Below are positions 18,438 through 27,653 of a stretch of 64,000 nt of DNA, piece by piece. The position numbers and the translations under genes are program-made. Position 1 is the stretch's first letter. Every line of letters begins with the position of its first letter. Location: sequence record MN850587.1; one strand, given 5' to 3'. Source of the stretch: Escherichia phage mistaenkt. The notes below the pieces were generated by a model. It was not told where the DNA came from and ran no database searches. It was given only the letters and a program-made list of their open reading frames with translations.

Positions 18438-19538
18438 ATGACAATTCTGTACAAACAAAATAAAGATGGTTCTTTCAACGTCTGGTCATGCGTTGCTGTA
18501 GGTGACAAAGTGGTTACCACGTATGGCAAAGAAAACGGTAAAATGATGTTTGAAGAGTACACAGCAGAACCGAAGAACATCGGTAAAAAGAATGAGCGTA
18601 ATGCTGAACAGCAAGCTCTCTTTGAAGTTACTGCTAAGTATAAGAAGCAAGTTGACCGTAAAGGTTATGCTTATTCAAAATCTGCTGCACAGGAAGTTGA
18701 GAAGGTTGGTGTACAGCTTGCTCATGATGCTTCCAAGGTTAGCCACAAAAAATATCTGAAATTTCCTGCTGATGCTCAACCGAAACTTGATGGTGTTCGT
18801 TGCAGAATTTCAAGGGATGTTGATTCAGTAAGCTTCACAGCTTATTCTCGTGAAAATACTGTTTACAATGTGCCTGAAGAGTTAATTCCTGATTTGCTTC
18901 TCATGCTTAAGTGTCACCCACAAGTTGAAGACTTTGACGGTGAGATTTATGCTCATGGCTGGGACTTAGAAGATATTGTATCCATGATTAAGAATGCTGA
19001 CAATCCAGACCGTCACCTTCTTAAATTCTACTGGTATGATATCTGTGACAATACTAAATCATGGCCTGAGCGACGAGAGGTTATTGATAACTCACCTATC
19101 GTTGAACTTGGTGATGCTTGCAGGGTTGTTCCTGTACAGACTATCCGTGTAAACTCTTGGGAAGAGTTCGACAAAGCCCATGATAATTGGGTTAAGCTGA
19201 AGTTTGAAGGGGCTATGTACCGTTCAATCTCTGAAGAATCTTTCTACGAGTGTAGTCACCGTTCATACTTCTTAATCAAGCATAAGAAGATGCACACTGA
19301 AGAGTTTAAAGTAACTGGTGTGAAGACTGATAAGCGTGGACATGGTAAGTTTGTTGTAGAGACTCTTCCTAACGTCTTTGTGGATGTTTCATGGAAGACT
19401 ACCCATGAGAAGAAACAGTATCTTGCTGAACACCCTGAAGAGTTTATCGGGAAGCCTTTGACGGTTCAGTTCCAGAAGATGACTCGCAAGGGGTCTTTGC
19501 AGTTCCCTGTTGGGTTAGTTATTAGAGATTATGAATAA
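18438..19538 (+). CDS. ATP-dependent DNA ligase (candidate)
   Basis: 366 aa; KxDGxR nucleotidyl-transferase motif I (PKLDGVRCRI), motif III-like FDGEIYAHG, motif IV-like EGAMYRS, motif V-like LIKHKK. Confidence 0.6.
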   Translation: MTILYKQNKDGSFNVWSCVAVGDKVVTTYGKENGKMMFEEYTAEPKNIGKKNERNAEQQALFEVTAKYKKQVDRKGYAYSKSAAQEVEKVGVQLAHDASKVSHKKYLKFPADAQPKLDGVRCRISRDVDSVSFTAYSRENTVYNVPEELIPDLLLMLKCHPQVEDFDGEIYAHGWDLEDIVSMIKNADNPDRHLLKFYWYDICDNTKSWPERREVIDNSPIVELGDACRVVPVQTIRVNSWEEFDKAHDNWVKLKFEGAMYRSISEESFYECSHRSYFLIKHKKMHTEEFKVTGVKTDKRGHGKFVVETLPNVFVDVSWKTTHEKKQYLAEHPEEFIGKPLTVQFQKMTRKGSLQFPVGLVIRDYE

Positions 19539-19544
19539 AAGTTG

Positions 19545-19572
19545 TTGACATACTCTCTCCGGTAGTTATACT
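19545..19572 (+). promoter_or_regulatory. Sigma70-like promoter TTGACA-N16-TATACT upstream of the secreted-protein gene
   Basis: -35 TTGACA at 19545-19550, -10 TATACT at 19567-19572; a 9-bp inverted repeat (CCGGTAGTT / AACTACCGG) brackets the -10 and predicted start. Confidence 0.45.
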
Positions 19573-19622
19573 AGCAATATAAAATTTGATATAGGAACTA
19601 CCGGATGAGTTAGGAGAAGAAA

Positions 19623-20003
19623 ATGAAAAAGATTATGGTAGGTGTCATTCTGGCAACTCTGAGTTTTGGTGCATCAGCTATGAAGATGCCTGAAGCAGAC
19701 TTTAGCAAGGTCTCTACAGAGGCTTGTCAGATTGTTCGTAAAGTCGTAACAGATGCTGGAGAGTTGGCTAAACCGTTATCTTCTCCAACTGTCATGGAAA
19801 TGTCTGACCGCATCACTGATTACAATTATCGTGTGATGGCAGATTACTACGAAGCTGTCTCTGATGCTATGGTCACTCAGGATATTGATTTGCTTGATGA
19901 CAAAGACATTGAGAAGGTTGAAGACACCAAGCGTGACATGATGGATGAAACTTTCAAAGGTGTTCATTATTTTGTTGAAAAGCGTACTTGTGTAGGTCTA
20001 TGA
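19623..20003 (+). CDS. Putative secreted/periplasmic protein (126 aa)
   Basis: N-terminal signal peptide MKKIMVGVILATLSFGASAMK; GGAGAAG RBS. Confidence 0.5.
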   Translation: MKKIMVGVILATLSFGASAMKMPEADFSKVSTEACQIVRKVVTDAGELAKPLSSPTVMEMSDRITDYNYRVMADYYEAVSDAMVTQDIDLLDDKDIEKVEDTKRDMMDETFKGVHYFVEKRTCVGL

Positions 20004-20004
20004 T

Positions 20005-20208
20005 ATGAAGAAGAATCGTTGCAAGAAGAACTATGGAGAAGTGCTTGACGATGAAGGTCATGTCATCTTCCGAGTTTACTGTGCAGATGACTCTGAAGTA
20101 GATAAAGCACTTGATGACTATATCAACGGTACTCGTGAAAACGTCAGAGCAACAAACATAGATTCATTGATTGACACTTCCAGAAAACGGAGGAAGAAAG
20201 ATGAATGA
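20005..20208 (+). CDS. Hypothetical small protein (67 aa)
   Basis: ORF track only. Confidence 0.35.
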   Translation: MKKNRCKKNYGEVLDDEGHVIFRVYCADDSEVDKALDDYINGTRENVRATNIDSLIDTSRKRRKKDE

Positions 20209-20500
20209 AGTCTTTGACCCTTACGCCCCACAAGATAAGTGGGAAGCTGATAGAGAGTATGAGATGGAAAGTTATATCTGCCCAATGGATGTAGACGAAA
20301 TGAGAGAGTTCGTTGCATTCCGTTTTGAAAAAGAAATTGAGAAAAGAAAACTTTCTCAGGCACAAGTTGCAAAGATTTGTGATATCTCTCAAAGTCGTGT
20401 TTCCAACATAGTCAATGGTACTGGAAAGATTACCCTTGAATACATGTTGAAAGCTTGTGAAAAACTTGGTGTTAACTTCAACTTAAGGCTGTCAGATTAA
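20201..20500 (+). CDS. Helix-turn-helix (XRE-like) DNA-binding protein
   Basis: LSQAQVAKICDISQSRVSNIVNG is a classic HTH; start trimmed to ATG at 20201 (GGAAGAAAG upstream). Confidence 0.55.
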   Translation: MNEVFDPYAPQDKWEADREYEMESYICPMDVDEMREFVAFRFEKEIEKRKLSQAQVAKICDISQSRVSNIVNGTGKITLEYMLKACEKLGVNFNLRLSD

Positions 20501-20501
20501 T

Positions 20502-20861
20502 ATGAAACGTGAAAATGCAATCTTCAAAGGTAACTTTGCAATTGGCTTCTATGGGAAACCTACCGAAGCTGAGAAGGTGTGGGGGCATGAGATTCTTGAA
20601 GAGATGATTCCAAAACTCCAAAAAGGAGAAATAAAACATTCTGAAAAGAATCGTGTGAAAGGTTATATGGCAATTGGTTCAGCTATATCCAACATCAAAC
20701 TTGAGACGACATGTGCAAAAGATGTTCGTAACTCATTTATAAAGGAACTCTTCAACAACCTTGATGGTGTAGATGCTACCGCTATCTGGCTTGATGTTGA
20801 TGGTGCTAAGTATACAACTTTCGTATTTAAAAATGAGGATATCAAATGTCTCTTCCCGTAA
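20502..20861 (+). CDS. Hypothetical protein (119 aa)
   Basis: ORF track only. Confidence 0.45.
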   Translation: MKRENAIFKGNFAIGFYGKPTEAEKVWGHEILEEMIPKLQKGEIKHSEKNRVKGYMAIGSAISNIKLETTCAKDVRNSFIKELFNNLDGVDATAIWLDVDGAKYTTFVFKNEDIKCLFP

Positions 20862-21346
20862 AAATTGACTTGTTCTTCGGATACAATCTGATGACAGGAT
20901 GTATGCTTAGTCTTCCAAAGTCTCCTTATCGTACTGAGAAAGGTGCTGTGAAACGTGCTGCACACTACAATAATGACTTAGGTCGTTTGCAGACGATTTA
21001 CAAGTGGCTTGAAGAAGATGGTCGAGTAAATGAGTACTTCCATAAACTTCGTATGGCTAACGAAGAAAATAAGATGGGCTATGAACTGTTCCCACGTCTT
21101 TACAAAGTGACTTCACCAACTTCTCAAACTTGGAATGAGAAGTCTATTGAGGGTTACAAAAAGGTCACAATGTCTCCGTTTAGTAGTGGTGCAGAGTTTG
21201 AGAAGCTACGTGAGATAATTTATCAGACTGTTGCAAAGCGTGTTGCAAAGGGTCTTTCTTATAATGAAAAGATTGACTGGAACACTCAAAAGGTTATACA
21301 ATTCTTTGCATACGATAATGACAAACAAACTTTTGTAGAGGTTTAA
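20846..21346 (+). CDS. Hypothetical protein (166 aa)
   Basis: ORF track only. Confidence 0.45.
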   Translation: MSLPVKIDLFFGYNLMTGCMLSLPKSPYRTEKGAVKRAAHYNNDLGRLQTIYKWLEEDGRVNEYFHKLRMANEENKMGYELFPRLYKVTSPTSQTWNEKSIEGYKKVTMSPFSSGAEFEKLREIIYQTVAKRVAKGLSYNEKIDWNTQKVIQFFAYDNDKQTFVEV

Positions 21347-21347
21347 C

Positions 21348-21866
21348 ATGAAGATTGGAAATAGCTTAACAGAGCCAGAAGCAATTCTACTTAAGGGTGT
21401 TATCAAAGAACATCTGAAAAATCGTAGACTTCAAGAGGGCACAATCCTTATTGAGACAAACTATGAAGCTGGAACGATTGAGTTTCTTGATGAAGATACT
21501 GGTGATGCACTTTGCCTTTTACCAACTCACCTCTTCACTACTGAATTTCGAGATTCTAAATCAATCTCTGTGAAGCTGGTTCCAAGCATTGAGTTGTATG
21601 AAGGTATGCAATACCCACGTAGCTTCAAAGCTTTACTTAACATCTTCATAGACGACATTGTAGATTTAGTAAGGCCAGAAGCTGGTGAGTATGTAATTAC
21701 TGCTGAGTGTCAGAATAGCAGCTACATCACTCTCGCTGGTAATCTCTCAACGATGAACTTCTTAGATTTCATCCCGAAACACTTTGAAGACTTCCTTTCA
21801 TCGTGTGGTGATGACCTTGATTTCATTGTAAAACTGGAACAAGAATATAAGGTGAATAAGAAATGA
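21348..21866 (+). CDS. Hypothetical protein (172 aa)
   Basis: ORF track only. Confidence 0.45.
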   Translation: MKIGNSLTEPEAILLKGVIKEHLKNRRLQEGTILIETNYEAGTIEFLDEDTGDALCLLPTHLFTTEFRDSKSISVKLVPSIELYEGMQYPRSFKALLNIFIDDIVDLVRPEAGEYVITAECQNSSYITLAGNLSTMNFLDFIPKHFEDFLSSCGDDLDFIVKLEQEYKVNKK

Positions 21867-22159
21867 AAATCTTTAAAGTTGAACACTGTTACATGCAGAG
21901 TGGTGAGCCAATTCGTTGTCCACATTGTGGTGGCACAGACTTCCAAGGTGAGGTTACAGATATCATCTCTGGTCATGTAGCAGAAGAGTATACTCGTTGC
22001 CGTGGTTGTATGAAGATTGTTTCATTTTGGGCTTATGGAAGTTATGAGCCACACCCACACATTATTTACCATCCAGTTAAAGTGGTTAAGAACGTCATCA
22101 ACTGGTTTATCATTAAGGGTTTTTCAAATGATTCGTTTAGTATTTGCAAGTGGTCGTAA
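21863..22159 (+). CDS. Small zinc-ribbon protein (98 aa)
   Basis: CPHCGG...CRGC pair of CxxC motifs. Confidence 0.4.
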   Translation: MKIFKVEHCYMQSGEPIRCPHCGGTDFQGEVTDIISGHVAEEYTRCRGCMKIVSFWAYGSYEPHPHIIYHPVKVVKNVINWFIIKGFSNDSFSICKWS

Positions 22160-22673
22160 AGGTGAGTTTGGTACTCCTGATGGGATGCCTTGGGAACGTA
22201 ATCGTGAAGATATGAAAGAGTTTAAAAAGCTGACTCAAAACCAGCTTGTAATCATGGGTAACGAAACTTTCAAGACTCTTGGACGAAAACCTTTACCAAA
22301 TCGTGAGAACATGATTCTGACAAACAACCTCCCATATTACGGGATAGACTTTGATAATGATGGCTTTGTATTTGCGAAGGTTGACCCAGATTCTTTTGGT
22401 GCATTCTTGAAGAAGATTGACAGCCAGATTGATGAAAACGTATGTGTGATTGGTGGTGCAAACATCTTAAAAGCAGCTTTACCGTTTGCTGATGAAGTTT
22501 ACCACACAGTTATCTATGAAATTACTAAAGAGCCAACTGTGTATCTTCCTGAAGAGGGATTCTTTGAGTATTTACACGAGCCTGAACTCTTTGCTAGAAT
22601 ACAGGCTAAACCTCTGGCTGATAAATCTGGGGTTGTAAATTTCTATGTTCCACAAGTAAGAGGACGTTTCTGA
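22128..22673 (+). CDS. folA: Dihydrofolate reductase
   Basis: 181 aa from ATG 22128; GMPWERNREDMKEF, VIMGNETFKTLGRKPLPNRENMILT and VIGGANIL match DHFR signature regions; immediately upstream of thymidylate synthase. Confidence 0.8.
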   Translation: MIRLVFASGRKGEFGTPDGMPWERNREDMKEFKKLTQNQLVIMGNETFKTLGRKPLPNRENMILTNNLPYYGIDFDNDGFVFAKVDPDSFGAFLKKIDSQIDENVCVIGGANILKAALPFADEVYHTVIYEITKEPTVYLPEEGFFEYLHEPELFARIQAKPLADKSGVVNFYVPQVRGRF

Positions 22674-22674
22674 T

Positions 22675-23571
22675 ATGTCACAAGCAGATGTAAGCTACAA
22701 AAATATTCTGAACCATGTTTTAACAGTTGGTGAGCAGCGTAAAACCCGAACTGGTTCTGTAATTTCAACGTTCTCACCTCCAGAGTTTCGTTTTGATATG
22801 CGTACTGGTTTCCCTTTACTGACCTCTAAACAGGTTCTGACCAGACAAGTTATCGGGGAAGCTTTATGGTTCTTGAACGGTGAGAATAAACTTGGTCATC
22901 TTCGCTATCGTACTTGGGGAGAAAACGATGGAGAGCGTTGGACAATCTGGACAAATGACTTTGAACGCTGGCTTAAAACAACCTATGCAAGTGAGCAAGA
23001 TTGGTTAGATGATGCAGGTGGACGAATCTACGGTGTTCAGTGGAGAGCCTCAGAAGGTCATGGTGGCGTTACAGTTGACCAGCTAGACAATCTGATTACC
23101 AAGATGAAAAAGTCTCCTACAGACCGTTACATGCTGGTTAACGCTTGGAATGCTGCTGATATCTCAGCTAACACAATGGCATTACCACCTTGTCATGTAC
23201 TTTTCCAGATTTACATCTCGAATACTGGTGAAGTGGATTTAAAATGGTATCAACGTTCTGTAGACAGCTTTTTAGGTTTACCATTTAACATTGCATCTTA
23301 TGGTTTTATCTTGGAAGTGCTTTGTAAGATGACTGGATATACACCTCGTTACTTGATTGGTACTTTTGGTGATACTCAGATTTATCAGAACCATATGAAT
23401 CAGGTATTCCAGCTTTTAGGTAATGAAGAGTTTCCTGCACCGAAGTTTGAGATTGTTCAAGATTTGAAATGTCTGGATGACCTCAAGCATATGACTGCAA
23501 GTGACTTTATCGGTGGTTTCAAAGATTATCGACATGCAGGGAAGATTGAAGCTCCCTTGTCAGTAGGTTGA
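22675..23571 (+). CDS. thyA: Thymidylate synthase
   Basis: 298 aa; active-site region ALPPCHVLFQIY with catalytic Cys, R-x-x-x-W folate-binding pattern. Confidence 0.9.
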   Translation: MSQADVSYKNILNHVLTVGEQRKTRTGSVISTFSPPEFRFDMRTGFPLLTSKQVLTRQVIGEALWFLNGENKLGHLRYRTWGENDGERWTIWTNDFERWLKTTYASEQDWLDDAGGRIYGVQWRASEGHGGVTVDQLDNLITKMKKSPTDRYMLVNAWNAADISANTMALPPCHVLFQIYISNTGEVDLKWYQRSVDSFLGLPFNIASYGFILEVLCKMTGYTPRYLIGTFGDTQIYQNHMNQVFQLLGNEEFPAPKFEIVQDLKCLDDLKHMTASDFIGGFKDYRHAGKIEAPLSVG

Positions 23572-23582
23572 TAGATACAAAA

Positions 23583-23606
23583 AAGGCTCCTTTTTACGGG
23601 AGCCTT
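23583..23606. terminator. Bidirectional intrinsic terminator between convergent thyA and the minus-strand structural block
   Basis: AAGGCTCC-8 nt loop-GGAGCCTT with T-runs on both strands. Confidence 0.7.
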
Positions 23607-23610
23607 AAAC

Positions 23611-23985
23611 TTATTTTTTCTTAGCATTTTGAGTGTTCTGTTCAGTGATTGCTTGCAAAGCCGATACAGACTGTGCTAGGTTATTAACACTGTCAGAGAA
23701 TTTATCAAGGGTTTTGGTCAACTTGGCGTTTTCACCCTTTACGTTCTCTAGCTGAACCTTCTGGTTCTCCATGCCTAATTGCAGGAGTTTCATGTCAGAC
23801 TGTAAATCACGAATAGCTGAATAGTTGCTTTTGTTGTAACTATCAAGCTGTTGTAACTTTGTCGAAACGGAAACTTCCTGCTTCCCACTAGACACCTGCA
23901 TTGTAGTGTACATACCAATTACACTGAAGATACCCACAACAATTGCACCAATATTATTTTTGAAAGCATCCTCTAACCATCTCAT
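23611..23985 (-). CDS. Membrane-anchored coiled-coil protein (124 aa); possible lysis-related (holin/spanin-like) or tail-fibre accessory protein
   Basis: N-terminal TM segment IGAIVVGIFSVIGMYTT followed by coiled coil; function is inference from position. Confidence 0.35.
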   Translation of the reverse strand: MRWLEDAFKNNIGAIVVGIFSVIGMYTTMQVSSGKQEVSVSTKLQQLDSYNKSNYSAIRDLQSDMKLLQLGMENQKVQLENVKGENAKLTKTLDKFSDSVNNLAQSVSALQAITEQNTQNAKKK

Positions 23986-24179
23986 TCTTTCTCCCCTTTA
24001 AAGGCTTTTTCCAAGTTATTAACAAATTCATCATCAATAGGCGTATCTGTCTTACTCGCAAGGTATCTTGCAAGTCTGAAGAAGGCTTTCTCAATCATGT
24101 ATTCACTCAGAAGGGAAAGAACGAGTTTCCAGAGGAAGCTACCCAAGTTTTTTAAGAGGATTGCTAGGATAGTCGGCAT
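23982..24179 (-). CDS. Small hydrophobic protein (65 aa)
   Basis: ORF track; hydrophobic N-terminus. Confidence 0.35.
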   Translation of the reverse strand: MPTILAILLKNLGSFLWKLVLSLLSEYMIEKAFFRLARYLASKTDTPIDDEFVNNLEKAFKGEKE

Positions 24180-24258
24180 TATGTCACCTCATCAGCCAAG
24201 ATGGTGAGAATACCTATGAAAATATTAACACCATCTTAACATTTAGTCAACAAATTGA

Positions 24259-26460
24259 TTACGCCGTTCTAACCCATGCCATCAATCTGATAAACAAGTT
24301 CACAACACTGAATGCTGAACCAGAACCTGTACCACCAGTGTTACCACTAACTGTGTGGGTGTGAGCACCAATACCAACTGTGTGAGCATGGTTACCAGCA
24401 GAAGCAGCAGAACCACTTACAGAGTGAGTATGAGCACCAGTAGTGTTAGAGGTCTTCGTACCATAGTCAAAGCTACTCGTTGTAGCGGAGAAGCTGTGAG
24501 TGTGTGAAGGAATATGCCCTACAGATAATGTCACAGTGTCTGCACCACCAACTGACTTCACATCTGAACCATTCGCTGCACCGATTCTAACTGTTCTACC
24601 TACACCCTCATTCAGATACGTCCAAGTCATACCTGCAAGAGTTGTGTTAGGGTTCTGGTTAGTAGCAAACCATGTTACAATCCCAACTGGATAGACTTTC
24701 TTAAGGTCTGTTGAAGATGTAACAGCCGTAGCAATCTTCTGGTCAGTTTCTGCTTTGGTGTATGCACCAATTTCAGAAGGTGTTGGTTTCTGTGCTTCTG
24801 TATAAATCTTAGACCAATCTGCTTCAAAACCATAGCTATCCCTAGCCGACCTGTACCACATCCCACCATTTTTATAGTTGAATTTCAACTGAGCAGACGG
24901 TGTTGATGATGCACCCTGATACATATGGTAGACCAGTTGTGTTGAGCCACCAGTTGAAAATGTAACATTGTACAAACCTGTCTTGGCATTCCATGCTACG
25001 CCATCTCCACCATTCTGTTCAGTGGCATTGCCTGATGAGCCAGCAAGCATAAATCTAGAGTTAGCTGCTGTCTGTGTGAAGTATCTCGCATCCAAGTTAC
25101 CCCAATCAGAAGGTTTCACCTGTCCAGTAATCTGTAAAGATTTAGACAGAAGAATCTCATCAGACAAGTCAATTCTCGCACCAGTTAAGTAGTTATGGAA
25201 AGATGCAACCACAGAGCCATTTGTACCACAACCAACATACCACTTATTAGTGTTATCAGTGTTCTTTCCAACAATGTAAGAAGCATTGTTCTGGACTTTG
25301 CTGTAAATCCTTAAAGCTTCACCGTCAGACTGAATATTTTGTTGAAGGGTGAATGTGTTAGCTTCATTCTTCTTAGCAAGGTTAGCATATGTACCAACCA
25401 ACACATAACGAGAGTCAATGTTAGCCCAATCTGTAGGCTGAACCTGTCCAGTAATTGCAAGGCTCTTGTTCACTCTGACCATGTTATCAAGCAATACATA
25501 GGTATCATTTGAGATGTTTGTCAATACAACTGAGTTGCTACCATCTGCATAGTTACCTACAGCCCACTTCATAGAAGCATCTGTGTTCTGACCTTCAATG
25601 TAAAGTGCTTTACCAGTTGTCAAGTTCTTCAGGGTTAATCTTGCACCGTCACCAAGTAACGTTGTAGTCCCTCTGAAGGTGTTGTTTCCAGTAATCGTGT
25701 TAGCTGCTGCCAACTGAACAAATCTTTGGTCTGCTGCATCACGAGTATAGAATCTTGCATCGAAGTTTGCAAAGTCTGAAGGAACAACCTGTCCAGCAAC
25801 TTGAAGCTGCTTGTTAATACCTACAGAACCAGTACCAAGAACAATATTAGTATTCTGTTTGGTGTTTGCAATAGTAACGTCAGAACCAGAACTCAAGTTA
25901 CCAATTGTGAACCTTACAGCGTTTGCTGTATCACGACCTTCATAATACAATGCAGCCGCAGCAGTGTTCTTCAAAGTCAAACCAGCATTATCTGTCTGGA
26001 AAATCTGACTTGCTGTAAAGGTATTTTGAGTTCCCTTGATAGCAAATCTTGCATCGTTCTCATCATTAGTTCTCATCCCAAGTTCATTGGGAGATGGCTT
26101 ATTCAGAGTGTGATAAACAGTTGCACTTCTTGAAGCATCTGCAATAGTCAGTTTAAGACCATTTGCATTAAGCTTGAAAGTTTTTGCAGTGTCACCGAAG
26201 ACAATTTCGGAGTTACCTGTTGGGTCAAGTAAATCTTTTCCCCCATAGGTAAGCTTCACAATTCCTAAATTACCTGTCATGGTTCCACCAACTAATTGCA
26301 GAAATCTTTCCAGTCTAAATGATGCAAGGAAATCTGCATAAGTCATTCTACGGTCTTCATCACCTAGCATCTCAGTTCTTTTCTTAACTCTGACATGCAA
26401 TAGGTCATCAGAACGAATCTCACTAATCGAGTTTAATTCACTCAATTTAAATTCTGCCAT
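24259..26460 (-). CDS. Long tail fibre protein with His-rich (HxH repeat) C-terminal tip
   Basis: 733 aa, T/S/N/G-rich beta-type sequence; C-terminus ...HTHSVSGSAASAGNHAHTVGIGAHTHTVSG...WVRTA; last gene of tail module. Confidence 0.8.
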   Translation of the reverse strand: MAEFKLSELNSISEIRSDDLLHVRVKKRTEMLGDEDRRMTYADFLASFRLERFLQLVGGTMTGNLGIVKLTYGGKDLLDPTGNSEIVFGDTAKTFKLNANGLKLTIADASRSATVYHTLNKPSPNELGMRTNDENDARFAIKGTQNTFTASQIFQTDNAGLTLKNTAAAALYYEGRDTANAVRFTIGNLSSGSDVTIANTKQNTNIVLGTGSVGINKQLQVAGQVVPSDFANFDARFYTRDAADQRFVQLAAANTITGNNTFRGTTTLLGDGARLTLKNLTTGKALYIEGQNTDASMKWAVGNYADGSNSVVLTNISNDTYVLLDNMVRVNKSLAITGQVQPTDWANIDSRYVLVGTYANLAKKNEANTFTLQQNIQSDGEALRIYSKVQNNASYIVGKNTDNTNKWYVGCGTNGSVVASFHNYLTGARIDLSDEILLSKSLQITGQVKPSDWGNLDARYFTQTAANSRFMLAGSSGNATEQNGGDGVAWNAKTGLYNVTFSTGGSTQLVYHMYQGASSTPSAQLKFNYKNGGMWYRSARDSYGFEADWSKIYTEAQKPTPSEIGAYTKAETDQKIATAVTSSTDLKKVYPVGIVTWFATNQNPNTTLAGMTWTYLNEGVGRTVRIGAANGSDVKSVGGADTVTLSVGHIPSHTHSFSATTSSFDYGTKTSNTTGAHTHSVSGSAASAGNHAHTVGIGAHTHTVSGNTGGTGSGSAFSVVNLFIRLMAWVRTA

Positions 26461-26474
26461 TATACAATCCTCTT

Positions 26475-26495
26475 AAAAGGGGCTAAAAAGCCCCT
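26475..26495 (-). other. Hairpin GGGGC-TAAAAA-GCCCC in the gap between the two tail-fibre genes
   Basis: Inverted repeat read directly; attenuator or processing site. Confidence 0.3.
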
Positions 26496-26502
26496 GTAAT
26501 AA

Positions 26503-27651
26503 TCAAGCAGTTCTCTGCCATACATATAGAACAAATGATGGCTGTTCAATGTTAAATGCCTGACCAGAACCAGTTGAGCCAGTTGTACCAGAGTGAGAGT
26601 GTTCACCTGCACCTGTAACAGTTACAGTAGCAGTATGCGAGTGGCTACCAATTGATACAGAGTGGCTATGAGCACCAATCGCTACAGTATGAGTGTGCGC
26701 ACCAATCGCTACAGTGTGCGTATGGTTGTTAGCGGTTGTCAGAGTGGCTCTTGGGTCATAGTCTGCACCAACTACTGAAAGTCCCGGATGACTCCCTGGG
26801 TCATAACCACGGTTAATCCACGTTGTCTGAGTGAATCCAGCAGAACTCGTAGTTTTATTACCATAGTTAAATGATGATGTGGTCTTAGTACCATAATCAA
26901 ATGTTGTAGTGCTTCTATTCCCATAGTCAAATGAACTGATTGAAGCAGTTGCACCATGTGAGTGACCACCACCTGTAACGTACACTGAGTGAGTGTGAGC
27001 AGGGATGTTATTAGCTGTCAATGCAGCAGTCTGAGAACCAAACGTAGAACCTGCTGGTCTCGAAGCACTATCATAGCCTACAAGTGCTCTACCTCTTGAA
27101 ACTAGCTCCCAAGTACCTCCACAAATCAGGTAAGTAGATGGGTTAGCAGCATTCATAGACAAGTGGATAGTACCCACTGGATACGAAGCCTGAACAGCCC
27201 TGTATAGACTATTAACTGCTCTTGCTGTAGCATACTTATCAGCATCTTCATTATATGCGTTAGAGGCTAACCAGTTCTGAACATTACCCAAGCCAACTTG
27301 TGATTTAGTTGTATTGTGAGGGTTGTTCTTGTCATTAATGTGAGCCTGAATAAGTTGATTAACTTCATCAGAAGACATAATCTGTAAGTTCGCTCTTGCT
27401 TCAGCTACGTCAACGATATCTGATAAGTTATTTGCAGCGACAAGCTGTAAAGCGTTTAATACGTTACCTAACTCAACCTGAACCTTTGTAACACCGTGAG
27501 GGTTATTTCTCAAGGATGCGTGAGGGTCAAGTAATTGTTCAAGTGTACATCTTTTGTCTTCAATACCTTGTTTAAGGTGGAAGATATCACTTAGCTCAAT
27601 TGGTAACGACGCTTGAGGCAAGGCACTAATTTGAATTTCACCTACTGCCAT
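26503..27651 (-). CDS. Second tail fibre protein with His-rich (HxH repeat) C-terminal tip
   Basis: 382 aa; C-terminus ...NNHTHTVAIGAHTHTVAIGAHSHSVSIGSHSHTATV...YVWQRTA, paralogous to the tip of the 733-aa fibre. Confidence 0.75.
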   Translation of the reverse strand: MAVGEIQISALPQASLPIELSDIFHLKQGIEDKRCTLEQLLDPHASLRNNPHGVTKVQVELGNVLNALQLVAANNLSDIVDVAEARANLQIMSSDEVNQLIQAHINDKNNPHNTTKSQVGLGNVQNWLASNAYNEDADKYATARAVNSLYRAVQASYPVGTIHLSMNAANPSTYLICGGTWELVSRGRALVGYDSASRPAGSTFGSQTAALTANNIPAHTHSVYVTGGGHSHGATASISSFDYGNRSTTTFDYGTKTTSSFNYGNKTTSSAGFTQTTWINRGYDPGSHPGLSVVGADYDPRATLTTANNHTHTVAIGAHTHTVAIGAHSHSVSIGSHSHTATVTVTGAGEHSHSGTTGSTGSGQAFNIEQPSFVLYVWQRTA

Positions 27652-27653
27652 TA

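Noticed and set aside
20201-20500. Lysogeny module (repressor plus integrase) implying a prophage
   Set aside because: Only an isolated HTH protein is present; no integrase, excisionase, attachment-site-like tRNA fragment at a boundary, or host genes in 64 kb.
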